From assembly GCA_951406725.2 (NCBI GenBank), contig OX597819.1:65534001-65598000 (forward strand): a DNA stretch of 64,000 nucleotides. Direction: 5' to 3'. The DNA is from Octopus vulgaris. Lineage: Eukaryota. Position 1 is the first letter of the stretch. Every line of letters begins with the position of its first letter. The notes below the pieces were generated by a model. The model was given only the letters and a program-made list of their open reading frames with translations. It made no database searches and was not told where the DNA came from. The position numbers and the translations under genes are program-made. Of the stretch, positions 29,601 through 42,879 are shown piece by piece.

Positions 29601-31162
29601 CAATTGTTTATATTGCAATAACAATCGCGAGATACAGCAACAGATACAGCTGTAACAACAGCATCAACTGCAGCTGCAGCAACAGCAGCAGCAGCCACAG
29701 CAGCAGAAGGAGCAGTAAGATCAGTTGCTAGGTGCAGTAGTTTCGCAGCTGCAGCAGCAGCAACAATGCACCATCGTCAGCAGCACCATCACTGCTATCA
29801 ACTTCACCATTACCATCACCACCATTTCCTATTTCGCCATCGTTACCTTCATCTTAATTATCAGCATCCAGTGTAGTTATCATCGCCAACATCACCATCA
29901 TCATTATCTTCATTCTCTCCCTTATCCGCAACTTCCCAGACATCATCACGATCGTCATGAAACTATTCATAGCATAAATACACAATAATATAATCTTAAT
30001 GCTCGTTGCCCACAATACTTGTAGCTAATATTTCTTTCCCTATAAATTCCATGAATTTATCCCCTTGAACAATCTTTCAGATAGAAATTCTCTCTCTTCA
30101 ATTGTCCTTTCGGGAATTTTCCAATAAGATTCTCTGTCAGAATCATCTGAAGCGGTTGTAGTTGATACCCGTTACTAACTGTCAATAGTATTTGAGAATC
30201 ATCATGAAATCACTGACTGTCCTACGTAACAATTAGAGCCTCAGAAAACGCTACAAACACTGAATGGAATTCTAATCCATGATCTACAATTGATCATAAA
30301 CCTGCAATTTGTGCAAGGACAAGATCGGATGAAAAGCTTTCTTTAGAAATGAAAATCACATAAGCATTGTTTGTAAGGGCTTCGACAGGTCTCGTAGTCT
30401 TTCTAAATATCTGGGCACGAACACAATGGATATTCTTTTCTACTCAAGGCACATGGCCCGACATTTTTGGGGAGGGGGCTAGTCTATTAGATCAACCCGG
30501 AGATAATGAGAGACAAAGTCGACCTCAGCGGAATTTGAACTCAGAGCGTAAAGACAGACAAAATACTGCTAAGCAATTTACCCGGCGTGCTAACATTTCT
30601 TATTTCTTTACTAAAAAAATTATTTTCTACACTAAGAAAGCCATGACATACCTGGCAAATGACCTTATAAAAATGAAAACAGGCAATACTCTAAATAACA
30701 AGTAAAGACAGGACGAGCCTCAACATACTCCCTACCTACATTCTTTTCTGAAAAAAAAAAAGTTGACACACCCAATTACAAAGCGCTTAAATACTAGACT
30801 TTGAAACTTTGGCCTTTATATTGTCAAACAAAAAGATTAAATTCAATAATACCAAAAGCAAAAAGAGTGCTGTCACACCTTGTGTCTACCTAATAAAAGA
30901 GAAACGCCTGAAGGCTTGTTTACAAAGTTCTACATGCATGAATAAGTTCTAAACAATTGCATCGCCCCAAATTTGATCAATAAAAGTTTACCAAAACATC
31001 TCTCCCTAAAAACCTAATTATCACCAGTCAAACATTGACACCCAAAGATTATTGTAATTCGAGCGAGACTATTTGTGTATGGGGAGGGGTGCGCGCTTAT
31101 ATGAGTGTGTATGTATATGTGTGTATTGCGTGTATATATATATAAGCATGTTTATAGACAGA

Positions 31163-31460
31163 AGGCGCATGATTTAGTGGTTAAGGTATTGCACTCACGG
31201 TTGCGAGATCGTGGGTTCAATTCCCAGACCGGGCGTTGCGTTGTGTTCTTGAGGAAAGCAGTTCATTTCACGTTGATCTGCGATCATTTCATCATCTGAC
31301 ATTTGGCATCCAATTGCACCTGTACAGGTAATGTTGATCTGACGGAGTGAGTGAGCTTATGTCTACATAAACATCTTATCACTATAAACAAATCATCTGT
31401 GTGGTTGTTCCGTGAGAAGCTGTCGAACCCTTATACGACGTTTAAAAACGGGAGAGTCCA
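31163..31460 (+). mobile_element. SINE family E; second copy on minus strand at 41900-42195
   Basis: tRNA-like head GGTTCAATTCCC and body TGCACCTGTACAGGTAATG shared by both copies. Confidence 0.75.
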
Positions 31461-31729
31461 TCATAGACAGATAAATAGATAGATGGATAGATAGAGAGAG
31501 ACAGACAGACAGACAGAGGGAGGACAGATAGATAGACAAACACACACATATATTTAAATAGGCGTACACACTCACACCCACACACATATGCATATGCATA
31601 CATCTTTAACGATATACATACGCAAACTAATCATGAAACAATATTTCTGAATAATTAACTACTTTTGATCTATTACAATTTTTGTGTCATCAATATTTTT
31701 GACGGTGTATGACTGATTACACTGCGATA

Positions 31730-33015
31730 CACCAGGCTGAGTAAAATGTAAGCAACGTTTAGAAACAGGAAATTCATCACAATATATTTCAACAATGCAG
31801 AAATTTTATTCATCATAGTAAGTACCATTACAATCAACACATTTTTGCCGACGAGTTACAGATTCGTTTATTCAGATAACATGAAAATCAGAAATTCTGA
31901 AGCTGATGAACTCTTTGAATGTACTTTCAGCATCGGTTTGATTTTTGAACTCCTTCTCTCGCAGGAAACCATCAACGTGCTTGAAAAAGTGGCAGTCGGT
32001 AGGAGAAAGGTCTGGAGAATAGGCTGGGTGGGGAAGAACTTCATAATCAATGTTCCTCAATTTCTGGAGCGTTATTAGTAAAACGTGTGGTCGAGCATTT
32101 TCATGAAGAATGATTGGCTCTCTTCCGTTGACCAGTCTGTGATCGAGGAGTACAGTTTTTCGTTCATTTTGGCAATTTCATGGCAATATGTTTCTACAGA
32201 AATGGTTTATCCGGGTTTTAAGAAGTTATAGTGGATGAGTCCAGCAATAGACCACCAAACAGTCAGCATAAGCTTCTTTTTGAAGAACTCGGATTTAAGG
32301 AAGGTTTTTCGGTGCTTCATTTTCCTCCAACCACTGCGAAAAACATTTTCATTATCATACAGAGTCCACTTTTCAACGCTAGCTACACTACGGTCGAGAA
32401 ATTGATCTGTCTGGTTACGAAGAAGAAGAAACGAGCAAATTCCATATCTGCGCATGTTTTGATTTTCATTTAAATCGTGTGGTACCCATTTGTCGAGCCA
32501 TTTTTGATTTTCCGATCACAAACTGTCAAACTTGAAGTTCTTTTGTCAATTCTCGGGTGGTTTTATGTGGATCTTTCTCAATGACGGTCTTTAATTGACC
32601 GTCATCGATGACAGATTGGCGTCCACTACGCTCACGATCTTCAAGGCTCAGGTTTCCACTGCGAAATCGTTTAAACCATCTTCGAGCAGATCACTCGCTC
32701 ATCATTCCCTCACCAAACGTTTCGTTGATATCGCGAGCAGTTTCAGCTGCTTTACGTCCTTTTTTTTTAAAGTTGAATAACAAAATTACTAGAATATCGC
32801 ACTTTGACAGTTCTATTTCAGATGATTGTAACAACAATGAAAAAAATATCAATGTTGATTTATTGATGCATTTAGGTAAGTCTGTATCTATATTATCAGA
32901 CAATTGCAAAACAAAAAAAGAAAGAAAATGTTTTTAAAAAATTCAAAACTCTGCATAAATCTGGTACAAATTCTTCTGATTTCAAGATATTGCTTACTTT
33001 TTGCACAACCTGATA
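31730..33015 (-). mobile_element. Full-length decayed mariner (DD34D) transposon
   Basis: HTH KGRKAAETARDINETFG, WVPHDL, EKWTLYDN, HENARPH, HPAYSPDLSPTD; imperfect TIRs CAGGYTG..AAAWGTAAGCAA, TA flanks, ~1.29 kb; frameshifted. Confidence 0.92.
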
Positions 33016-33699
33016 TATATAGCTAAATTTACCGATGTTTTGGAAAATGAACAAAATACATTGAATAAAGTTGTTCTTGATATGCAACACGTGACTGAAG
33101 ATTAACCTGATGATGGCTAAAATGCATTTGATGAAAGTTTTGTTTAGGTTGGGATAACCTGAGGTTAAACAATAATAACAATTGCCTGTGGATCATACTC
33201 TGATTAGCGCCAATTCTTGTTTACTATTAGAAGGTGCAAGACATGGTTAGCTTCACGTTGATAAGGTTGTGTGTTCAATTCGTAGACGAGGAGATGCATT
33301 GCATCTTTTTGAATAAGATATTTGATTAAACATTGCACAAATGTCCCAAGGTGGTGCTCCAGCATGACCACGGCTGCATAATTGAAACGAGTAAAAGAGG
33401 ATAAAAGAGTATCCTACTCGGCTGAAACGTATACTAACCAAGCGTTTGTACAGTTTTGTATTCCTCCAGGTGTCACATCCTGGATATTCCACTGTGACAG
33501 AGAGAGAGAGAGAGTGAGAGAGAGAGAGAAAGAGTGAGAGACAGATTATAGTGAGTGTTCGTGAGTATATGTTCACGAATTACATACAGCAAATTACCGA
33601 AAGCATAGAATATACACTCTAATGTCAAAATCGCGTTAAAGTGATTGCCATGTTAGGCTGTCTTTTCTTTCAATTCTTTATCTCTCTTTTGCAATCCAT

Positions 33700-34240
33700 C
33701 AGTGACGACAGGTTGCTAATTTATATACGTATATATATAAGTATATAGACGTAAGTTAACAAATATCCACCAGAGCACCCACGCAGTGTCTGCCATGACA
33801 ATTGTTTTCATCTATTTGCTATGAAGTCTTATCTTCATAATTCAACTAAACTATTCTTCTCACAATGCACTCGGATAAAAAGGAAAATATACTCCATTGT
33901 CGTCTTCCATACTCGCCGGTAAAATAGGGATCTGTTCAGTTGGACCAATTCATTGGTGGATTAACGCAGATCCTCATGAATGAGAATTATCAATCGACAC
34001 TCATTGACCTGAACAAGATTGCAACGCAGAGGGTCTGTGAGGCTGAGTTTACCCTCCTTCAAGCGGGAAATCCATTTATATACAGTTCATTTAGGAAGAG
34101 GGTTTTCGTTGTACACAGCACAAATGTCCTGAGCAGGATTCACAACGTTACAGGCTTCATTGAAAGCGAAGAGTAACAAGTGTTGAAAACGCTCATTATT
34201 TTCTGCTTGAAACACTATCGTCATATGTTTGAAAAGCGAT
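33700..34240 (-). pseudogene. Older mariner transposase N-terminal fragment
   Basis: Minus-strand AQDICAVYNE..TVYKWISRLKEGKLSLTDP..IHEDLR*STNEL. Confidence 0.7.
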
Positions 34241-35007
34241 ACAATTTATTCAAGTTCAAAAACGATAAACAAAATTTGAATACAAATTATAAAGTTATCC
34301 CCCCCAAAAAAAAACTTGTAAAACAACGATAAAAATATATAGCATTGCAAAGAGACGAACAAATTTACCTGTCGAACAACTAATACTTCACATCGACAAA
34401 TATTTTTGCAACAGTGCATACTGGATTCTACGTTCTATCTTTTATGGCCCATGCATTAAGCGCCACTTAATCTGTCTAACTATCTTTCAACTAAATATTT
34501 TGATTGAGTCTGCTGTTCGGTACCTGGTCCTGATGCTAACGAATAATAATATTTCTGTCTCTTCCATGAACGAAGACACGTGATGCAATGCACAGGACGC
34601 TTATATATCTAAGTGAAGATTATCGACCAGCTTAAAAATCTTTCATCGGAACACTTTGCTTTCAACTTTTCTTCCTTCAATTTTTCTGTACATTCCTTTC
34701 AGGCAGTTCTTCAAAGAATGTGCTGCAACATATTTTCTTGCCATAGTTATTGTTCTTTTATATCAGATACAATTTTATGGAGCACTTATTTATCAATTTC
34801 TTATGGAGCACTTTCAGCCTTTAATATGTCTGTAGCAATTCCTTCAATCTCGTACTTGCTATATCGATCTCGATTTGGTGAACCACTAGTGTCGAAAGTA
34901 AAATGGCATGGCACACGGATACGTACACGAGCACAAACACACACACACACATATTTATGTAGAGAGAGACAGCCAGAGAGACAGAGACCAGGAAGGATAT
35001 ATATATA

Positions 35008-35193
35008 CCGGAGTAAACACATAAATGTGAAACAAGGTGGATAAAAGAGTACTCAAATACCAGAGGTAGAGTAATATGCTTTATTTAAAAGCAGCAGAAA
35101 TTCAACAACAGTTTTGTTAAAAACTGTCTGACGAACGGGATCGTGAAACTCCGAGTAACAGCTTTTGTTGAATTTCTGCTGCTTTTAAATAAA

Positions 35194-35195
<2 letters not shown>
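35008..35195 (+). mobile_element. Short fold-back element carrying a hammerhead, inserted in (TA)n
   Basis: ~29-bp inverted repeat 35080-35108 / 35165-35193 encloses the ribozyme; relative at 48730-48924. Confidence 0.75.
35124..35161 (+). ncRNA. Type I hammerhead ribozyme, canonical core
   Basis: ctgt-CTGACGA-acg(ggat)cgt-GAAA-ctccgag-TA-acag; stems I and II Watson-Crick, GUA cleavage triplet. Confidence 0.85.
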
Positions 35196-35234
<39 letters not shown>

Positions 35235-35238
<4 letters not shown>

Positions 35239-35815
35239 CACGCAGGAAGTAAATAGACACTTTGAATTTTAATTTTCGAAATCTTTTATTTGATATTAAG
35301 TGGTTGAATGAGGGGTTTTCTTCTAGCTCCTCGTCCATAATACCAAAGCTTATGCAGATATGTAATACACGTTCTTGGACTATCTTCTAGATGTCTTGCA
35401 ATGTCAGAAGCCTTCAAATGGGGTTCGTTTTCCACAATTCTCTTCAAATAGCGAAGCTTCCTTTCCGAGGGCCCAGGTCGGCCGGGACGGGAATCTGTTG
35501 ATTCTTTTCATTGGCTTTTGAATTGCACTATAATTTTATTAACAGTAGCAAGAGGAATTTGAAGATTTTCGGTAAAATTTCGCTAGCTAAGACCAGCCTG
35601 AGATTGCCCAACAATACGATCTCTTTGAAAATCTGACAGTTCTGCTGAATTTTTTTGTGCATGGCATGGTTACTCTTCGCATATGTTTAATATACTGTCA
35701 CCTGGAATGAAAAAGAATAATTACATTGTAAATTATACACCGCTGAAAACATATTAAGACGCTTAGATCAGAAATTTTGAAAATTAAAGGTGTCTATTTA
35801 CTTCCTGCATGTTTG
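35235..35815 (-). mobile_element. Internally deleted Tc1-like element
   Basis: TIR CAGACACGCAGGAAGTAAATAGACAC / GTGTCTATTTACTTCCTGCATGTTTG; peptides ELSDFQRDRIVG and SRPGRP..LKRIVENEP. Confidence 0.85.
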
Positions 35816-36055
35816 TGAATATTTATTTATTTACACACACACACATACACAAACAAACACACATATATATAAACACCAAATATAGAGCAAAATATTTTTC
35901 AGGTTTAATCTTGTTTTTGTAGTAGATCCTGCTTTTCTTGTTGAGCGCTGGTTATTATCATTTTCGTTGTTTCCAGTTATAGAGAATACACTTTTCCTCC
36001 CTTGTAATGATTTTCCCATGGAAAAGTTCGGTAGCGAGACTTGTCTTCAATAAGA

Positions 36056-36370
36056 GCACTCCGTCGGTTACGATGACGAGGGTCCCAGCTGATACGATCA
36101 ACGGAACATCTTGCTCGTGAAATTAACATGCAAGTGACTGAGCGATCCATAGACACGTGTACCCCTCACGTAGTTCTCAGGGAGATTCAGCATGACACCA
36201 AGTGTGACAAGGCCGGCCCTTTGAAATCCAACTACATTTTTGCCAGCTGAGTGCACTGGAGTAACGTGAAATAAAGTGTCTTGCTCAAGGACACAACGCG
36301 TCACCGGGAATTGAACTCACGACCTTACAATCGTGAGCCGAATGCCCTAACAACTGAGCCACGCGCCTTC
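36056..36370 (-). mobile_element. SINE family D/C (full length)
   Basis: Minus-strand GGCGCGTGGCTCAG..GAGTTCAATTCCC head, GTCCTTGAGCAAGACACTT core. Confidence 0.85.
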
Positions 36371-36686
36371 ACTTTATTCAATAAGAAACAAAAGAGAACT
36401 ATCTGATGAAGCTAAGAGGCACCCAGAGCATGAGGGACATACTGACAAAGTTTAGACACTTTTCCTACTTATTGATGATGTTTTGCGAGATAAGTGTAAT
36501 TTCAAATTAATTCTTTTACTACTTATACAGTTTAGTTTGTATTTTCTTTGACTACAGTTTTCAGAGGTTCAAAATTGTCATAAACTTGGTAATTCAGATG
36601 TAAGGGTGTCTGTGAGAGAAGAATTTCCGGAACGAAATTAGTCAAACAATCGCTGATATGCCTAGACACTTAAAACTTTATATTAA

Positions 36687-36812
36687 TGGTTCCGGGTTCA
36701 TTCCCAATGCATGGCACTTTGGGTAAGTGTCTTCTACTATAGCCTCAGGCCGACCAAAGACTTGTGAGTGGATTTGGTAGACGGAAACTGAAAAAAGCCC
36801 ATCGTATATAAG

Positions 36813-36875
<63 letters not shown>

Positions 36876-37077
36876 TGTGTCTGTGTTTGAACTCGCAACA
36901 TCGCTTGATAACCGATGCTGGTGTGTTTACATCCCCGTACCTTAGCGGTTCGGCAAAAGAGACCGATAGAATAAGTACTAGGCTTACAAAGGTTCGATTT
37001 GCTCGACTAAAGGCGGTGCTCCAGCATGGCCGTATTCAAATGACTGAAACAAGTAAAGGAGATAGTAAAAGAGTAAA
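36687..37077 (+). mobile_element. SINE family A (5'-truncated)
   Basis: Colinear with 1622-2038. Confidence 0.88.
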
Positions 37078-37620
37078 ATTTTTATACCACTTCCATTGCA
37101 GAAAAGCTCTTTTTGAAATCATAAAATATGCAATATCTGATGTGAGTCTGATTTAAACTCGTTTATTAAGGTTAACATCGATACAAATTTAACAACTACG
37201 GTACAAAGAAATCTGCAAAGAATGTAAAAGTCATTAGAATATTAAAAAATAAATGCATATTTCACGTATTTATTATTTAAAATTATGTATCTAAATTAAA
37301 TGTCTACTCAAGTTTTGCCAAACGGTTTTCCTTGGAATTCTCTTTTAAATTACACCTACCTGCTCAAGGAGACGCTACTGCTAGCCGCTTCAGAAAGACT
37401 GTCTCAACATCACATGGTCAACTGCAGTTCAAACCAGTATATTATATATAAATATAAGTATATTACACCTACTTATGTGTCTACACGTTTGTAAATATAT
37501 CTGCACCAATATATATATATTTATATATATATATATCTACATACATACAAATTTATACAATTTTTGGCATATATATATCTAGGTATACATGTACAGTATT
37601 TACGTATGTATCGATGCAAG

Positions 37621-37661
<41 letters not shown>

Positions 37662-37902
37662 CATACATGAACTATAGAATGAAGGAGAGAAGGAGAGTTT
37701 GAAAGGACATTTAAGATTGAAAGAAATATAAAAACATAGAAAATGAAAGACGGAAGGAAAGAATAAAGGAAAGAGCATGACTAAATCTGTACACCAATCA
37801 ACGTCAAACTATACAACATACCCATATACACGTACATACATATATATCATATATGAATATTATATGTTTATATATATGTATTATATGTATATATATATAT
37901 GT

Positions 37903-37942
<40 letters not shown>

Positions 37943-38218
37943 TGCACATATATACATACCTGTGTACGCATGTATGTACTTGTATTTATGCGTGTATAAG
38001 TGTATGTCTGCGCATGTGCGTGCGTCTGTATGCGTGTGTCATAGCTGGTAGGTAGAAAAAAAAAACGATCATTTGAACAGTTGTAACTAAAATCACCACC
38101 TTCGTGACTGAGAAACATGAAAATTCTGCAAGAGAAGCCGCAAGCTACAAGAAAATTCAAGAGAAGGATAAACAGAACGGCACTAGCTCATAATGCGTGT
38201 GTGTGAATATATACATAC

Positions 38219-38430
<212 letters not shown>

Positions 38431-38604
38431 AAGTTAGACAAAGTGGGAATTAGAGACATACAAATAAATATATAAGTGAACATAGTATGTGTGTGTGCGT
38501 GCTTTTTGGTCTCTGTATTGGCCTGTGAGAGAAATATGAAACTATTTCGATATACATCTGTACATACACACACACGCACAAACACATGTACACGCGTCTA
38601 TCTA

Positions 38605-38662
<58 letters not shown>

Positions 38663-38865
38663 TATATGTATGTGTGTGTGTGCGTGTGTGTGATCATGTG
38701 TGCACAGATATACCGACACTCACACACATATCCGATTAGTTATCCTTCATACACACACACATATATATTCATATATAAATACATATATACATTCTCTCTC
38801 TCTCTCTCTGTATATATATGTATGTATATATATATATACACACACATATATGTATATACATATGA

Positions 38866-38900
<35 letters not shown>

Positions 38901-39617
38901 AGCCTATGTCTGTGTGCGCGTGTATTTGTGTGTATTGAACAACGGCGTGTATATTTTCATGTGCGTGTGAGTATTTGTGAGTGTGTGTGTGCATGTGTGC
39001 GCGCCTGTGTACATGTATAGATGATACTGGGCTCACGCGAATCAGGAGAGTAAGACGAAAGATATGATGGAGTGACAACTGGAATGGAGAGGCACCATAA
39101 GAGAGACAAATGCAGAGAAGGACAGCTAACGATTATTGATTTAGAGAAAGACAGATAGAAAGAGAAAAAGTGAGAGAAAGACAGAGAGAGAAACAGAGAG
39201 TAAGTGAGAGAGAGAGTGAGAGAGAGAGAGAGCCTGTTTGTGATTGCGAGACACATATATTCATAGACAGAGGGAGTTAGTGACAGTCAGTATAATAGAA
39301 TTGAAAAGGAGGAAATAGGTACGAGATGCGGTGAGTTTGAGATTAATGATTTGGGAATTAGTAGCGCATCTAAGGTCTTGTGGTGTGTGTGTGTGTGTTT
39401 TATTAAAATTTTTTGTGTGTGTCTGTAAAGGCATTGTTTTAGTTATGATAAATGTGTGTATAGGTAAATAGATGAGCACGATTATATGAATGTGTGTGTG
39501 AGTGTGGGGTAGATTATGCATACGTGCTTCTGTGTATGTGTGTGTGGAAAAGCATGGGGCGCTTTTAATTTCTGAATTGTATTTTACATCCTAAACCGTG
39601 AAAGTAAAACACAATGA

Positions 39618-39629
39618 AATAATAATAAT

Positions 39630-39670
<41 letters not shown>

Positions 39671-39687
39671 TAATAATAATAATAATG

Positions 39688-39776
<89 letters not shown>

Positions 39777-39825
39777 CATTATTATCATTATTATTATTAT
39801 TATCATCATCATCATCATTATTATT
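39618..39825. repeat. (AAT)n abutting (ATT)n, a self-complementary microsatellite
   Basis: Strand polarity switches at ~39747. Confidence 0.9.
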
Positions 39826-39911
39826 TACAGTTTTCAAGTGTTTGGTGTACGATATCTGAGATACAAGCACGCGCACGCTCAGAGGCTCACATACATACAT
39901 ACATACATACA

Positions 39912-39946
<35 letters not shown>

Positions 39947-40165
39947 GTGTGTGTATGTGTGTGCACGTATATATATATGTGTGTGTGTGTATGAACACAC
40001 ACATAAACACATATATAGGGATATATATATAGAGAGAGATATATACAGATATGTATATATTTGTGAGTGTTTGTATCTATGTATGTCTGTATGTGAGTCT
40101 TCGCGCACGTGTGTTGTGCGTGTGCGTATGTGTGTATGCATGTATATATACATCCAGATATACAA

Positions 40166-40254
<89 letters not shown>

Positions 40255-40709
40255 CATTATATAAAAGGGCTTAGTAAAATAAATACTGAACTCATTAGAA
40301 ATAGCAGCTAAAAAACTTTTTTAAAAACTATTTCTAATACTTAAAGAAATAGTTTAATTTAATTTATTTTACTAAGCCCTTTTATATAATGTAATAATTT
40401 GAATTCGCCTTAAATGGTCCCTTTGCATACTGAACACTTGGTGAAATTGATTAATAATTAATTAATTTTACCCTCAATTGTTGAAATTATAATTAATCTC
40501 CCTCTAATTAATGCTTCGGATTTTACCGAAATAAGCATAGTGTTTGCTGATTTTAACCCACGCTGATGGAAAGGGGAGAACAGAAATTCTTCGCTTGCAT
40601 ATTTGAGTTTGTTGGCACTGTTAGTTACGAGCAGATCTTCGAAAGCGATGAGAAGCCGAAAGGGTATGCTCTCACTTTCAGTGTTTTCAAATCCAAACCA
40701 AGGAGTTTC

Positions 40710-40761
40710 TGAGCTGATGATAGAAGTGTCGTGTTGACTAATCTTGAAACGTACGTTCTCA
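40710..40761 (+). ncRNA. Type I hammerhead ribozyme, monomer 1
   Basis: tgag-CTGATGA-(imperfect stem II)-GAAA-cgtacg-TT-ctca; palindromic AACGTACGTT stem III. Confidence 0.8.
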
Positions 40762-41310
40762 AATAACCTTTGCATTTGATTTTTTGATGTCTTTACCCCC
40801 AAACTTTCGTGAGTTGAGTTGAGCAAGCACTATATGAGAGAGGTTTTCTTTAAGTATTAGAAATAGTTTTTAAAAAAGTTTTTTAGCTGCTATTTCTAAT
40901 GAGTTCAGTATGCGGCAAAGTAATTTATTTTACTAAGCCATTTTATATAATGTATTAATTTAATTTATTTTACTAAGCCCTTTTATATAATGTAATAATT
41001 TGAATTCGCCTTAAATGGTCCCTTTGCATACTGAACACTTGGTGAAATTGATTAATAATTAATTAATTTTACCCTCAATTGTTGAAATTATAATTAATCT
41101 CCCTCTAATTAATGCTTCGGATTTTACCGAAATAAGCATAGTGTTTGCTGATTTTAACCCACGCTGATGGAAAGGGGAGAACAGAAATTCTTCGCTTGCA
41201 TATTTGAGTTTGTTGGCACTGTTAGTTACGAGCAGATCTTCGAAAGCGATGAGAAGCCGAAAGGGTATGCTCTCACTTTCAGTGTTTTCAAATCCAAACC
41301 AAGGAGTTTC

Positions 41311-41362
41311 TGAGCTGATGATAGAAGTGTCGTGTTGACTAATCTTGAAACGTACGTTCTCA
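41311..41362 (+). ncRNA. Type I hammerhead ribozyme, monomer 2
   Basis: Same sequence as 40710-40761, offset 601. Confidence 0.8.
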
Positions 41363-41659
41363 AATAACCTTTGCATTTGATTTTTTGATGTCTTTACCCC
41401 CAAACTTTCGTGAGTTGAGTTGAGCAAGCACTATATGAGAGAGGTTTTCTTTAAGTATTAGAAATAGTTTTTAAAAAAGTTTTTTAGCTGCTATTTCTAA
41501 TGAGTTCAGTATGCGGCAAAGTAATTTATTTTACTAAGCCATTTTATATAATGTAATAATTTGAATTCGCCTTAAATGGTCCCTTTGCATACTGAACACT
41601 TGGTGAAATTGATTAATAATTAATTAATTTTACCCTCAATTGTTGAAATATATATATAA

Positions 41660-41799
<140 letters not shown>

Positions 41800-41850
41800 T
41801 TGTATATCTGGATGTATATATACCTGCATACACACATACGCACACGCACA

Positions 41851-41900
<50 letters not shown>

Positions 41901-42519
41901 GACGGAATCTCCCATGGTTTGACGACGTATGATGGTTCGACAAATTCTTACTGAACAACCACACAGATGATTCGTTTATAGTGATTAAATGTTTGTGTAC
42001 ACATAAGCGCACTCCCTCCATCACATCGACATTACCTGTACAGGTGCAACGGAGTGCCACATGTCTGATGTCGAAATGATTACTGAGCAACGTGAAATGG
42101 TGTACTTTGCTCAAGAACACTAGGCAACGCGTTGTCTGAAAATCGAACCAATGATCTCCCAACCTTCAGTGCAACACCTTAACCACTTAGCCATGCATCT
42201 TCGATGAACAGCGAAATATCCTGGTCGTGAAATTAACGTGGACGTGCCTGAGTACTGCACAGACATGTATACCCTTAACGTAGTTCTCATGGAGCTTCAG
42301 CTTGACGGAGAATGTAGCAAGGCTGTCCCTTTGAAATGCAGGTACTACTCATTTTTGCCTGCTGAGTGGACTGGAACAACGTGAAATAAAGTGTCTTGCT
42401 CAAGGGCACAGCGTATCAACATGAATTTAGCTGCATTTCACAATCCTTGTAGTTTTAATAATACCAATAATACACAAAAAAATCGTATAGTTATGTGTGT
42501 TTATATACACACAGACATA

Positions 42520-42605
<86 letters not shown>

Positions 42606-42879
42606 CATATCTACCTATCTATCTCTATCTGTCTATCATATATACATTTACGCATATATGTACTTCCGTTTTTGCTCTCATTCGGACATACTCGTAGATA
42701 TCATCTGAGTGACTTCTGTGTAGCGCCCTATGTAACAGAAAACACACACACACATACGCACACAGACACACTCACACATACACGCACTCACACACGCGCG
42801 CGCGCACGTACAACATACAAGAGCTAAACTGAAGGAAGATCCCAATCGACACATTCTTTCTGATAAAACAGGGAATTCA

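Larger units (their letters stand above)
40251..41649 (+). mobile_element. Retrozyme-like tandem array: ~2.2 copies of a ~561-nt hammerhead-containing monomer plus inverted 5' segment
   Basis: GAATTCGCC recurs at 40401, 41002 and 41563; copies appear identical; 40251-40349 is the reverse complement of the monomer tail; (TA)n on both sides. Confidence 0.8.

Noticed and set aside
33104-33150. CTGATGA...GAAA hammerhead candidate
   Set aside because: Stems II and III do not pair and the stem I register is wrong.
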